This document shows, in pieces, positions 12,236 to 25,684 of a stretch of DNA of 64,000 bases. Source of the DNA: Saccostrea echinata (lineage: Eukaryota); contig NW_026889796.1 in the NCBI RefSeq assembly GCF_033153115.1, positions 4,774,001 through 4,838,000 on the forward strand. Reading direction: 5' to 3'. A program made the translations under genes and the position numbers. Every line of letters starts with the position of its first letter. Position 1 is the stretch's first letter. The notes under the pieces are model-generated. The model saw only the letters and a program-made list of their open reading frames with translations, did not search any database and was not told the DNA's origin.

Positions 12236-15024
12236 TTTATTTGAAAGAATGAAATGCAAAAAAGAGCACTCGTAAAGACAGTTATAACAGCTCTTATGTG
12301 AACAAAATCCTATGTTTAATCGAAAGTCGGGTATTTCAAGAGTTGCGGATAAACAAAAACATGGAAGACAAGCGAAATTACAACAGGATGTCTCAAAAAG
12401 AAAATAAAAAGTATATCCATGTAAGTTTCAAGAACGTGCGTGTTGTCGGAAATAAAACACATGTACTCTGGTTCAGAAAACAAATGTTTAAACTTAATTA
12501 CCTGTCAAATACAATAAATATTGTATAAATATACACTTGTCTAGGATGATAAACATTATGTTAGGCACGTCAAACATGTAACCAGTCATTCCGGAGGATG
12601 TAAGTGGTCAGTGTGACTTCTCATTATAGATGAATAAATATTTATACCGCAACCTCTAGTGTGTTTTCGAAAAGATTTACTGCAAGGGATACCAATTACA
12701 CGCGCACCATACGAGAAAACAGATGGTCAATCCAATTTAGTTTCCCATTTCATTGTAATTTCGTTTCTTTTATTACTGTATTTCCAAGTGTTCATGTTTA
12801 TCATTCTTAGCCGACATATATTGGTATATTTAGAGTACAGTCAATTTACTTCAATCTGTCAGTCGCGAATACCTGTCAATAATAATATAGCAATGTTTCA
12901 AATACCACTTAATCATCATACTTTGTAGAAAAAATATTTCTGAATCTCTATCTCAACTCATATATTAATCACCATACTTGAATTTCAAGTACGCGGAAAA
13001 TGTATTGGCGTATGATTCCAGATATTCTTGGACGGTTTTCTTGATCCCTTCAATAAAACAGAAGGGTAGAGGCGTTGGAATTATCCCATTTTCTCCCTAA
13101 AGGCTCATTCTTCATTTTGGATAGATGCATGCGATTTCCTGTTATCTTATTCGCGAACAGGTAATACATAAATGAATTAACTTCTATAGAAACCGTAAAA
13201 GCGTTCGTTAGAAAGAATTTTGAAATGAGACGGATCTATTTTCAATTATTGATATTGTTTCCATCAAATTGTTGTTACGTCCTATACGTAGCTTTATCCG
13301 TTTAAATTTTTTTTATATCAGTTACGTATATGTATTGAAAAAAAAACGACTTTTTCTTCTATTTTAGGTGATGTCGTACTATCACAGAGTTAAGTTTAAA
13401 TTTACTTTATGGAGGAAAATGTCAAATTTACAAAATGTCATTAACTTTACCTCCACCAAATAAATTCAAAATTTACAACATTATATTTGATCCAAAGATG
13501 AAAAAAAAAATTAATCTACAGAATTGTCTGATATATATCTTCACGTTAACATGAACAAGATATTTTGAATTTGGATATTAATATGTTTTGAATCACAAAA
13601 AAATCTGAGTATTTTAAGCATAATTTTGGTATTTAAAAAAATCATGATAGAATGATATTTTCGATTTTATAGCAAAAGAATGAAAGATCTGGTATTTCCT
13701 AAATTAAATTTTTAATGTCACTTTAAGTAGGCAAATAGCTGTTAACATGTATTTGACAAGGCTTATTGTGTTGAGATATATGTTATTTTATCATAAAAAC
13801 AGATTCGGGGGTTTCATTTTAATACAATTAGGAATATGTTTAACTCTGCTTCATTTTTCTCTTCCTTGAGACTTTGTTTTTTTTTTACCGATAGTTCTCT
13901 ATATATTTTGTATTTTTATCTTGAATGATTTATTCTATATTCTGTAAAAATAAACCCTTACAATAATCTTTTAATAAATTTTGTAACGAAATTCTATTTA
14001 TACACAGTGTTGTAATGGATGTGTTTAAAAACTGCACTCTTTGTAACCACAAGGGCATAATTAGGTAAAACACAAAGACGTCCCAATTGTATGTGGAGAG
14101 TGAACCATGTACTATGCAGTGCAAATCTTCTAAAGTGCTAATGAGTTAGCTAACCCTTATCATAAAGATCAAAAATAAGTCTTCTTTGAAAAAAAATCTC
14201 ACGTGGTGTACTTTTACAGAGGAAGTGACTGTTCCTTATGTGAGGAAAATTTTCTGGTCATAATCACGATCTTGTTGTCTGAAAAAATAAAATAGTTATC
14301 TAATCACAATTTTAAGAATAAACATATTGCAACTTTATATTCTTTATCTGATCATTTTGCACTTTTGATATCAGTTATCGCATAAAACTGCACAGATTAT
14401 CAACAGAATCTGAATTCTGAAAGAAAACCCGACTTTTTTATTTATTTTTTTTTAATTTTATTTCTCATTTTTTAATATTTTTGTCGAACGATCTCAATCA
14501 GATAATTCATAGATCAACTTTAATTACTAAATAAGAAATATAATACAATTTGCACCAAGGGGTGTTATTGATACAGTTACTTTCATGTACACATTAGGGA
14601 GACCACCCAAGATACTTGTACTATTTATTTTCATTATCAAAGGTGTGCAGAAAAAAACCTATGATCATCTGTTCTTTGCCACTCACCAAATTATTTCTTA
14701 TATAACATTGACTCATTGCTGATAAAATCGTCGTAAGGACAACAGGTTTGAACAATGTGGTCAATACAAAGCAACAAAATATGTTCAAACTTTGGAGTGA
14801 AAACTCTGTTATCATAAGTGGACGACAAGAACACAATGAAGTCGACAATCAAAAGCGAAGTCTGTGATTTAAGTTTTTTTTTAACTTAACAACAAGCATA
14901 ACCGTATTAAGACTTTACACATTTTATATGTCTTGATATATGATTGTAGCATACTAATTTTACACGGTACTTTGTAGTAACAAATACCCGTATAGTGCTA
15001 GCATATTTAAACGATTTTTTTTAA

Positions 15025-15052
15025 CTAGATGAAATCCCGCGCAAGAGCGGGA
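15025..15052 (-). mobile_element. Helitron/Helentron-like terminus (GC hairpin + CTAG)
   Basis: Minus strand tcccgc-tcttgc-gcggga hairpin, then tttcat CTAG t. The body runs toward the adjacent gap. Confidence 0.45.
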
Positions 15053-15173
15053 AATTGAATTTATATCACTACCGGCTACCTGTTATACTATGTTATGGAT
15101 ATTGTACTTGAGGTGCTCTTATTTCATTTCTGTCAGGGATAAAAGCAGCGAATATGCACATTTTAATGATAAA

Positions 15174-15308
15174 NNNNNNNNNNNNNNNNNNNNNNNNNNN
15201 NNNNNNNNNNNNNNNNNNNNNNNNNNNNNNNNNNNNNNNNNNNNNNNNNNNNNNNNNNNNNNNNNNNNNNNNNNNNNNNNNNNNNNNNNNNNNNNNNNNN
15301 NNNNNNNN
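15174..15308. other. Assembly gap
   Basis: Run of N. Confidence 1.
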
Positions 15309-15574
15309 CGCCCTATGAATAGGTCGAGTATCTGATACAAAAGACTGTATTCAGAAAAAAATGAAATGTATTGATTAACGCACAAAATTTTAACAGTTCT
15401 AATTGTATTTGAACAATGTCGTGTTCATTAATTTTCTCTTTTTATGTATGCAAGTTTATTACGAAGTACAAATTGTACTTCGCCTTCGTTGCCACTATGC
15501 TCTCAGGAATATACAAATTTTACCAATAAATTTATTAGGAAAACCTACTAATAGTCTTTCGATATATAAATTTA

Positions 15575-16187
15575 TTATACTTTCATATTAAATACTAAAA
15601 TCTGATTGGTTTAGACGCATTTAACAATCCGTAATGTTACCCTCAGCGTTAGCAACACACTTGACAACGGGTAACATTACGAAAATATCACATGCGTTCA
15701 AATCATGCGCGTACGGTTCACCGTAGAATTCTCAAAACGTCGGTTGTGCGTTTGAAAGAAGCCGAATAAACGACGTCAATAAAAGCTTGCGTCCGATGTA
15801 GCTTACTTGAAAACAACAAATGACAGACGAAACATCCTTGCGAGTGCAAACTTTAGATGACAAAGGACTTTTTGAGTAGCAAACAAACAATAAAGAAGTT
15901 GGTTAATCTTTTCCGAAGCTTTCTTATTGAGAAAAATAGAAGCGGGGAGTTTGAAAGCTTTCTAAGCGTGAACTTAACGACGATCTCCGAATTCTTTTAA
16001 TGACACCCGAAATCAATAAGACATTCAGTATAATAAAATAAATAGTGCACGTTTTTGAGGGTAACAGTTGAAATTGACACCCCTCGGAAAACTATTGTCA
16101 ACCTCCGCTGACGCGTCGGTTGACAGTGGTTTTCCTTGGGGTGTCAATTTCAACTGTTACCCTCAAAAACGTGCAGTATTTATATAA
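15575..16187 (+). mobile_element. Non-autonomous Crypton-like element with large terminal palindrome
   Basis: Hairpin 16038-16183 with a perfect 38-bp stem (16046-16083 / 16138-16175). Upstream relic coding LVNLFRSFLIEKNRSGEFESF..RELNDDLR resembles the N-terminal part of Crypton recombinase-like proteins (recalled, not searched). Left boundary approximate. Confidence 0.55.
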
Positions 16188-16877
16188 TATTCACAACTTA
16201 TAGTGTTATCAATGATTTACCGTTATTTTAATGACCATTCACACAAAAGCTTATTTTCATGTTCATGCAGCTATAATAATCGCCTCGTCTTTCGTTTTAA
16301 CATCGGGTATATGATATGATATGATATGGTATATGATGTTCTAGAAGTTTACTTCAATATTAAGATCGGTGAATGACGAAAACAATTTGCACATTTCCCT
16401 TTTCAATCGGTTAACACAACTTATTTCTTTTATATCATTTAAATCAAGTTTTGATTGGATAATTCAGTGATGACGTTTTATGAAATAAATAAACGATTGC
16501 TTGTTGTCAGTTACCTTAAAAATTGCCAGTAACTGCCAGCCGCCAACCGGAACCACCACCTTACTCACGTTTTTGCTATTTCATTGCTGTTTATAGAAAA
16601 TGATTGTAGACTTTTAATTTAATGTACGATACTAACTATGCGAGTGAAATCTAAATATTGTTTACGAACATCATCTTGTGTCTAGTGTATTCAAAGAGGA
16701 GTTAGTAAGAACTCTGGTGCACCCGTTTCGGAGTTTATTTGCAATATTTATTAATTTATAAGTATATATGATCCTTTAACTAATATAAAAAGGGCATTAT
16801 ATTTTGGCTTATTATTTCCAATTCTTTCGTATTCTTGTACATTGTAGTGTATATATGTACTAAATTTGTCTTTCAAT

Positions 16878-17135
16878 GAAAATGGTGAACAGTGAGAGAT
16901 TTCAAAAAACCTACAAACAATTCAAATATGTAAACAGGGCATAAAACAATGCACCTTGGAAATTCCATAGGTGGGATCAGGTGCTGACTTTAAACAAGGT
17001 TGTTGAAATCCCTGTTACATCAACTTTCAGTAGCTGCCTCGGTTTAAAATTCAAGTTGATCGTACTCAAAGCATGCTTTATCGAATAAGTTGGGGTACAT
17101 AAACACTATATGCAGGTGATATCAGACTATTACTA
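16878..17135 (-). mobile_element. Degraded Penelope-like fragment
   Basis: ggtgggatcaggtgc, gactttaaac, gcatgcttt and tatatgcaggtgata match the family in reverse orientation, with deletions. Confidence 0.55.
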
Positions 17136-17337
17136 CATCAGTAAATATTAAATTATACAAACTTTAAAATTTTCTTTTGCATTGTCGATAAAAATGTTTG
17201 GGTTTTTTGTTTTTTTGCATTTTAATGTATGATATTTGAAATATGTGTACTTCTTGCAACTTAATATAATAATCTGTGTTGCAGTTCTTGATTGGGCATG
17301 TACATGTATCTTGAGAAAACAACAAATATTATTTGAC

Positions 17338-18065
17338 ATGAAATATGGAGATAACGAACAGCATTAAAGCTCAAAGTCAATTAAAAGAATACAAATCGGG
17401 AGAAGAGCAAATATCGGAGGTGAGATCAGGTGCCATGGAAGAGTGAGCATCCACTGCCGACCGGTCATACCCGCCGTGTGCGCCTTGTCATGATCGGTAC
17501 ATAACGGATAAATCCGTCGACAATTCAGTGTGTAAATAATGGCCTAACAATAAGTATGAAAAACGTCAGTCAGCATATGACTTAATGATAGATTCTATTT
17601 GCTGACAAGGTCAATGTATCGACTATAGAACTTACAAAATGATGACTTTAAACGAGACTGTTAATATCCTTGTTTCATCAACTTGCTTGTCAATTACTTA
17701 CCTCGTTTTTAAAATCGTTCATATGTAGAACATGCTCTTGCGTATCAAATCAACTGAGAGATATACAACCCATATGCAGGTGATAAGGGTATATTGCTGC
17801 ATAAGTAAGGGAAGTTGACGGTTGAAAAGTTAAAGTCATCACGTTTATCATGAAGCTTTGTTGTTAGATTACCATTAACGTCTGATGTGTCGGATTCGGT
17901 GGTATTTTTTATTTTAAGCTTACTGAGATATATCGAGTCAACATATGAATGGAAATTAAGAAATATTTTTAATTGATTATACGTCGCCGATATATCTAAA
18001 CGTCGAGTAGAAGACCAGAGCAAGAGATTTTTTTTCTCATGTATAAGATTTTGAAATGCAGAACT
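17338..18065 (-). mobile_element. Penelope-like retroelement RT/thumb + 3' end fragment (pseudogenised)
   Basis: ORF 17745-18092 contains TKLHDKRDDFNFSTVNFPYLCSNIPLSPAYGLYISQLI. Ends at the family terminus atgaaatatggagataacgaa. Confidence 0.85.
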
Positions 18066-21000
18066 TTTTTCTAGCCGTAAGAATATTAGCAAATTTCAGC
18101 CCATTTATTTAATATGCAATCTATTTAGTATTTAAACAGATGCCGTTAATTGATCGTTGTTAACATGTGGCATTATTTACATTCTTTTTGTAACATTTCA
18201 CAAAAAAGAAACAAAATAATTATATAGATTTACAATATCCACCTTTCAATGCACAATATCATATTTTATTGCAACTAATACAAAATTCAAACACCCTTGT
18301 TTAAACAATTCTGGACCACCAGATGTGAGAAGACATTTTTAGTACCTATTTTTGAAAGACAAGTTCAGGCAGTTGTCAATACATTATTTTTATATTAAAT
18401 TCAGTGATATTATCAGCTGCCATCTTTTATATCAAATAAAACATAAATGTGGCTGAATGTCAAACAGCATTGGATAAAATGCCATTGCTTTTGAATGGCA
18501 TTGGCTAATTGATTTCAGATAATCGGTATTCTCTTTTAAAATGCCCCTTTATGTTGAAAATGTCGTGAAATCGAATCAAATGCATTTACTGCTGCTAAAT
18601 ATTTGCTCCAAATAGTGTAATGCAAAGACCTTGAAAATATTGATCAACGGAAAACAATTGTGAAAAGCGCCAAAAAATTAATAGAAGAACATTTAACACA
18701 AATTTGAGTCCCTTTTACTAATGCTTTAGTTACTGTTTAATTTCATCTGAAGAAACATGAATGGAAATGTCAATATATCTTCCTTGTCTGTAAGAAAGGA
18801 ATTTAAACGTTATGCGATTTCGCAGATTGAATGAATATTTCATTAGGAACAGTAAAATATCTAGTTTTTTTTTCCATTGGCTTTGAATGTTTTAATGTTT
18901 TGGTGGTTCGATTATTTTGATACACACCATCAATATTAATTACTGATAAAAATGTAATTCAGTTAAGCCAATTGTAGCAATGCCTGATTGTTCTTTTGGT
19001 TTTGTTTTATTTTGTTTCATTTTGAAAGATATTCAAAATATGTTTAAATAACGATAATTTAATTCCTTACTGTCCACACTATAAATTACGACATATTTCA
19101 TTCTATATCTAGAGAAATGTATGCTATGTTCATGAATATTTTATGAAGGGTTTTAATACCATATATAACATATCAAATTTATCTTTTCCATAGGGAAATA
19201 ATTCTAATACAATATGCCATCTAAGTGAAAATTGCTTTAAAAACATTGACATGACACGAGGTGCCTTGAAAAATCGTCCTATCGTTCTTTTACCCTATGC
19301 TTCACAACCCTAAAGCATATCTCTCTATGTTTTTGATGATAACAAATTGTTGACGGTCGCAGACAAACGAAGCTGTTTGATGATTTCTCGGTAACAAATG
19401 TCTTCACGGAAAAGGCGTTAATATTACCACAAATAACAAGCCCATCTATCTTTGATATTTACATCAGGATCAATTACAACTTTTGTAATGATAAATACAC
19501 ATTTTGTACATTGAAATAGACATCATGCATAATGGAATACGTTTATAAAGAACACATACTGTGGTAAAAAGTTCTTTTTCTTTTAATAAGAACTTGACTT
19601 CCTCTTTATTTATCGCTAAATTTTTAAAAATCACTCTGCGTTTCATTGCATTAGCTTCGCGTCACAAATAACATCTTAATGAATTTTAATTGGATAATAC
19701 TATTTACGAATTTCCTCACATGGAGAAGACGTATATAATTATATTAATTGAATATTTTGACTCTACGTGTATGTGTATATAACTATTAGAAGTCAATTTA
19801 GGTTGTCCTTAGAATACTCTGTAAATTATTTCTGTAGTCATCGATAAATCTGATTTACAGAAGCAAAATTGCTGAAAAAGAGTGGTTCCTTATTTGAAAC
19901 AAATGATAAAACACAAATTATATTTTATATTCTTCATTTATTTCTTTCGTTTTACCCTCTCATTAGAACATCTATTACAAAGCAAAGGTCATCTTTGGTT
20001 TTAAAATGTTTAAAAGTATAGTGTCATCAGGAAAACTAACAGTTCATTATTTTAAATAAAACTTTACTTTCAGTCAATAGAACAACACTAAGTGAATACT
20101 CTATATAATAAGTAACTGAATTGATTTTAACTTCCTTTAATAAACAGTTGGAAACATACAAAGTACATGCAAGTATGCTAAGTTCCATGTATATATATAC
20201 ATGTAATGACATTTGAGAGAAAAAAAAAAAACGTTTTCTTTCGATCAAGTTAAGACCTCTAGCATATAGATTTTTTTAGTTGCTAACCTATCAAAGCAAT
20301 CAAGCTTTCTAAATTTTCAAAACTTGTTCCAGTATTGAGCTCTACATTATATGGAAAAATCTACCTTTCCTAATTTCCAAATAGTTTTACTGGTTTATTA
20401 AATTTGAATTAAATTCATGGATTTTTCTGTAAAGTATTTTAATCAAATGCTCATTTGACTCCTGTTTGTTGAAGTAATAAAACAAAACACTGAATTTTCC
20501 AAGAAAAATAATTTCCTCAAAATTTTTAATCTTATCTTATTAAATTTGGATAGAACAAGCTCATTTATTTTTGCGCCAGATCGAGGGAAATAGGAAAATA
20601 ATTTCAAATTATTCTTTTCTTAAACTTTGATAGAAATAATCAAGTAGAGTATTCCGTGAAAGTTATTCATTGCCACTCAACAGAAGAGCACTTTGACATA
20701 CACGTATCTCGTTATCAACTTATCAAATTATCTATATGCACTTTTAACGCCATCAATTTCGTCATCTTAGCATGAACAGAATCGAGTATTTCCGGATATT
20801 GGCTCTAGGAAACCAGACATCTACAGAGAACTATTAAGTCCTTTAATCTACCTGCTGAGATAATTATGACTACAACGAGAATTTACATTCTAAAACTCCA
20901 TGTGTGTTACTGTTTTAAGTTTATAGTATTAAAAAAATCTGCATGTTTTGGTGTTAGTGAGTTAGTTCAGAATTGTTGTCGTAAACGAAATTAAGGGAGA

Positions 21001-21169
21001 TCAAAACCTCAAGAAAGATTTGCAAGTGATCTAGTTATGTTATGTAAAATACCGCCGTAAAAATAAATCGCTTGTAAATGCAGTCAACCATGACATTAGA
21101 CTGAAAACAAGAATATGAAATTTCAGGAATCTCTAGGACATTAAACAGTGAAAATGTTGTTATGATTAT

Positions 21170-21698
21170 AATAAACATTGAGTTCTCTATCAAAATTGTG
21201 ACATTCACTTCCCCATAGTCAGAGGTTATGGTATTAGGGAGGGGCTCTATTGATCATATAGTGAAAATGTTAATTCTTGGAAAATCTTTTCTCTCCCCCT
21301 GTGTATTTTGCAAACAAACTACCGGGTAAGTGCATTTTAATGATGAACAAGTGTGCCTCTTCCTGAATTCTAAAATTCGTGTACCCTGACTCAGGAGTTC
21401 TGGGGCAAGAATAGGGTTCTCTTGTTCATATAGTGAAAATGCATTACTTCTTGCAGAATCCTTTCTCACATTGTATATTAAACAGAGTACGTAAATGCAT
21501 GTTATAACGACAATGGTGCTTCTTCTAAAATTGTGAAATTCATGGCCAATGGGTCAGGAGTTCTGGTGTTAGGGCAGAACACTACTGATCATATACTAAA
21601 GATGTATTGACAATCTTCTTCTCTAGATCTGCTCCAGGATATTAAGCAGACAAACTAAGTGCTTGATATAATAAGCAAAGGTTCCTCTACCTAAATTG

Positions 21699-21732
<34 letters not shown>

Positions 21733-22075
21733 TGTTAGGGTGGGGGTTTATTAATCAAATAGTGAAATGCATTGATTCTTGGAAAAAAAACCCTTTGTAT
21801 ATTTTTTGGACAAGTCCATAGTTATGATGAACAAAGTGTGCCTCTTCATTATGCCCCTTCATTAATTGTGAAATTCATCGCCCTTGCAAAAGGGGTTCTG
21901 GCAAGGTTAGGGCTCCTTTGTTCATATAGTCTGAATGCGTTATGGCAATTTTCTTCTCTGCTCCTGGGTATTAAGTACACAAACTATGTACGTGGTTATG
22001 ATGAGCATGTGAATAATAATATATAATGCAAATATTACAGTAATTTTATAGGTATTAAAACCGCTTAAAGGGTTA
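21170..22075. repeat. Degenerate ~167-bp tandem repeat array (~5.5 units), satellite/Helentron-array-like
   Basis: atatagtgaaaatg-like motif at ~21256, 21428, 21591, 21758, 21925. aaattgtga-like motif at 21193, 21528, 21693, 21863. Recurrent ggggttctgg/ttaggg. Confidence 0.75.
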
Positions 22076-22115
22076 TTAAGTCTACAAAACAAATCCCGTT
22101 CTCTTCCTACAGTTC

Positions 22116-22697
22116 TTTCACTTACTAACATGTAATTATTGCCCGTGACGCCTTTGGCGTATAGGGCAGTAACGAGGGTTCTCCATCCGTGTCTGTCATT
22201 GGCTAGCTCCTGGAGTATACCCCAGGTTATCTTTTAGTCTTTTATTTCGGTCTCAACTGTTCGCTGCGAATGACTTTGAGTCTTTCTCTTTTCCGTTTTT
22301 CCTCTGGTGTCCAATTGAGAAACGATGTCTTTATAATGCTGTCCAAGTCCCTTCTAAGTACATGGCAAATTCTAATGTCTGATGATGATGATTGTGGTCA
22401 TGTCCTTTTGCATATTGAGAATGTCCTTTGAGATGGTATTGAGATAGCCAGAGCATTCTTAGGGTCCTTCCCAGGGACTTAATGTGGAATGTCAACAGCT
22501 TGTTCAGGTCATTCTCCGTCATTCCCCAACACTCTGATCCGTATAAAAGGATAGGTAGAATGCAGATTTGTACAATTTTAGCAATGTCCTGGTGGTATAT
22601 TGGCTTGATCTCCAAACAGCTTGTTGGTTCTTTAAAAGCTGCTCTTGCTTTTGATAGTGTTTGGTACAATTGTTCCACCGCACATTCTAGAAAGCAT
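22116..22697 (-). mobile_element. RTE-clade LINE 3' fragment
   Basis: ILPILLYGSECWGMTENDLNKLLTFHIKSL and NWTPEEKRKR motifs typical of the RTE C-terminus; frameshifted; short tail remnant. Confidence 0.75.
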
Positions 22698-22704
22698 ATC
22701 TTAC

Positions 22705-23055
22705 CGGTCACGGTAAACTAGTGGTAGGGCGTTCACTTCGTGATCGAAGCCCGAGTTCGATTCTAGTTCGCTGCGGTGCGAAATCTAATTCATAAGCATA
22801 CTAGGTAGTAACCGTTTCTTCTCCAAGCGCCCGGCATTAGAAGTGAAAATCAGGGGTCTTTCGGATGAGACAACAAAAAAACCGAGGTCCGATGTCACGT
22901 TAAGCATTGGGACGATAAAGAACCCTCACTGCTCAATGGTCCTGAGTGCCGAGTAAAGGTCTAAATTTGAAGCCCTTCAGCGGTATAAGGTGAAGTCTCT
23001 GTGTGAGTGAAAACTTCTCGCATGGGACGTAAAACAACATAAAATCAATCAATTA
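22705..23055 (+). mobile_element. tRNA-derived SINE, full length
   Basis: A-box-like ctagtggtagggcg, B-box gagttcgattc, conserved body shared with three other copies, (caat)n tail, 7-bp TSD atcttac (22698-22704 / 23056-23062). Confidence 0.85.
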
Positions 23056-23330
23056 ATCTTACAATTTCTTATTAAATCTGCAAACTATATTATTTTATGG
23101 AACGCACATGTATAATATTCCCTCATTACAGACACCCCTTTTGTGGGGAGGAAAATACATCAAATTATAGAAATAAAAACATTAATCTGACTATTCCTAC
23201 ATATGTGAATATTAATTATTTTTTGCATACAACCATACCTTTCAATAGTACTTATTAAAACCAAGAAAAAAAAACACAATCATATATGAATGGTAAATTT
23301 GAAAACGTTATCAAACGCCATTGTGATGTA

Positions 23331-23516
23331 TAGTGGAACGTCGTTTATTCGGACCATTAACCCGGACGCTTCGCTTTCTGGATAAAACTTGTGGGGAACG
23401 GAATTAAAATTTATTCCTGAATATTATTATTGGAATGCCTCAGTAATCCGGACCTTTCGTTAATCTGGATGAATTGCTCTGGAATCACAAGAGTACGGAT
23501 TAACGAGGCTTGACTG
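23331..23516. mobile_element. Tc1/mariner (pogo/Tigger-like) MITE
   Basis: TA|tagtggaacgtcgtttattcggac ... gtacggattaacgaggcttgactg|TA: imperfect TIRs with TA TSD and internal aatccggac repeats. Confidence 0.7.
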
Positions 23517-23769
23517 TATTGAGTAATTGTTAACTCCTACAAATGAAGAATATCATGCTGACGATTAAAAGTTATAAGAATGATAGTAGTTAGTTTACAC
23601 TTTATTATTTACATGCATAAGACTTAACTATAAATAATATAAGAAATACTATAATAAGATTTTAGTAAAAAGTAAAGCTCTATTTGAGCAATAATCAGGC
23701 ACCTGATCCATACATGTATCTGTATACAAACTAAATGATTAGTAACATAGTCTGCCACATTTGTTTCAT

Positions 23770-24178
23770 ATGATTGGATGTTTTACTGACTATAGACGAT
23801 AATGTCCAACTAACAACTAAATTGCGTGACAAACAAGGTGACTTCAGCTTTTCCATAACTTTCCTTTTTTATGTAGTAAGTTAATGTCCTTCTTAGCAAA
23901 TATATAACCTATCTCGGGGTCGTATTTTTTCATACCAATTGTTAAGCCTTTATCTTTATACTAAATTTGACCACGGAATATTCCGTCTTTCTGATCAATA
24001 TATAGGGCTCACGGCAGTTGTGACCGGTCGACAGGCCTAGGGGATGCTCACTCCCTCTAGGCACCTGATCCCACAGCTGGAATTTCCGGGGGCCTTGTGT
24101 TTTGTCATGTTCACAAATTTGTATTGTTTGTAGGTTTTTTTTTTTTTATATCGATCACTGTTCGTTATTTTCACCTTC
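23770..24178 (+). mobile_element. Penelope-like 3' fragment
   Basis: caactaacaactaaattg..gacaaacaaggtgacttcagcttttccat, then the conserved 3' block gtgaccggtcgacagg...ggcacctgatccc. Confidence 0.7.
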
Positions 24179-24198
24179 TTCGACTGGAGAATTGTGGA

Positions 24199-24412
24199 AT
24201 GACATATGGAGATAACGAAGAGTATTCAAGCTCGAAGTCCATTTAAACAATACAAATCGGGAGCAGAGCAAACAGAACCTCTAAAACATCAGAGGTGTGA
24301 TCAGGTTCCATGGAGGAGTGAGCAGCATCCCCTGCCGACCGGTCACACCCGCCGTGTACTCTTTGTCATGATCGGGAAAAACGGAAAAAACCGTAGACAA
24401 TGTGTAAATGCA
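24199..24412 (-). mobile_element. Penelope-like 3'-end fragment, tail-to-tail with the previous copy
   Basis: atatggagataacgaa...catcccctgccgaccggtcacacccgccgtg...gtcatgatcggg, nearly identical to 17338-17520 and 49712-49900. Confidence 0.8.
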
Positions 24413-25570
24413 GTGAAATCGTCCACAACCCTGCATATATTTCGGTATAGAAAAGAATGGCACAGAATGCACATTTCGTTCTTGGCAAAGGATTTTTAAG
24501 TTCCTGATAATTACAAATTTAAACTTAAAGTCCCAGATTTCATGGAAAATATGAAGAATTAAGTACATTAAAATGTATTTTGACAACATTGATCACTCTA
24601 GCCCCCACCATATGTGGTCAAAAACATTGATTACAGAAACAAGCATGAATAAGATTGAAGCCAGGTTTCATTCGACACAAAAACATAGCCGTTAAACAAA
24701 TTTCTCCTAGAGCATTCGTCGGGGATCATTTTTAAATAGATATACGGACCACGTGATTCCTATTCTTCTTCGATATGATTTGCTATATCCATTAAAATAA
24801 GTCAGGTTGCACTTTGAGTTAATATACAAACCAGTAAGTCTTTCCGAAATGACTGCATTTAATCAATGAATCAACGAACTGCAAATACTTTTTTTTTAAA
24901 AATGTCAAAACCCTATCAAGTTTGGCAATTTTAGCTCTGTAAACGAGCCAGTGTTTGTGCATGCCAACTGAATACGTGAAAAGGCAAAAGCAAAATGACA
25001 CCTTAAATAAAGAGCATTTTAGTAACAATATCACAAAGATTCAGTAAAATGTTAATAGGTTTAATGGTTTGAGATTGAACTAGTCTAAGATTTACTCAAT
25101 TCAGCCATTGAATAGGGTCTTATTTCTTCCAGAAATAGCTCTTTTTTTGCTTATCTGCATTTTTGTTATCCTTATCTATATTGACAAATTTCATTTCTGT
25201 CCATTTCAGCAACCATACTCCTAGTAATGAGAAGAAAATGTCTGTTAATATTGATAATTCCAATGTCAATACCTATAGATGTAATATAGAGCCCCTCGCA
25301 TGTATTTGTAATTGGAACATGAACCACGGTGTCAATACTGGTTTTTCTATAAGGAAAGACTAATTTACATAACGGTATTCAGAAAACACAAACATGTTCT
25401 TCTTAGTCCCAGCTTTCTCGGATTCTTTTTGTGAATTGATTTATTGAACTTTTCAAAAAAATTGTATTTGCATGCAAATCCGATTATACTTTCATTATAT
25501 CTCTATATAATTGAATTCAATTTAAATAGATAACGATAAATTAAGCTTATTCCGCAAGAGAAACTCTATA

Positions 25571-25674
25571 ATAACTAATCATTTATGTAATGTAATATTA
25601 TTTCTATATGTTTCAGGTATCAGTCATCCTTAGTTAATTAAAGAGTTACTCATTGGATGATGGTTATCATTTAT
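25571..25674 (+). repeat. 5' LTR (103-104 bp)
   Basis: ataactaatcatttatg...ggttatcatttat, identical to the 3' LTR except 25631 T vs 31874 A. Contains ATTAAA at 25637-25642. Confidence 0.95.
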
Positions 25675-25684
25675 GACTGATACC
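25673..25684 (+). promoter_or_regulatory. Primer-binding-site position, complementary to the LTR itself (candidate self-priming PBS)
   Basis: atgactgatacc is the exact reverse complement of ggtatcagtcat (25616-25627). No TGG-initiated tRNA PBS abuts the LTR. Confidence 0.7.
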
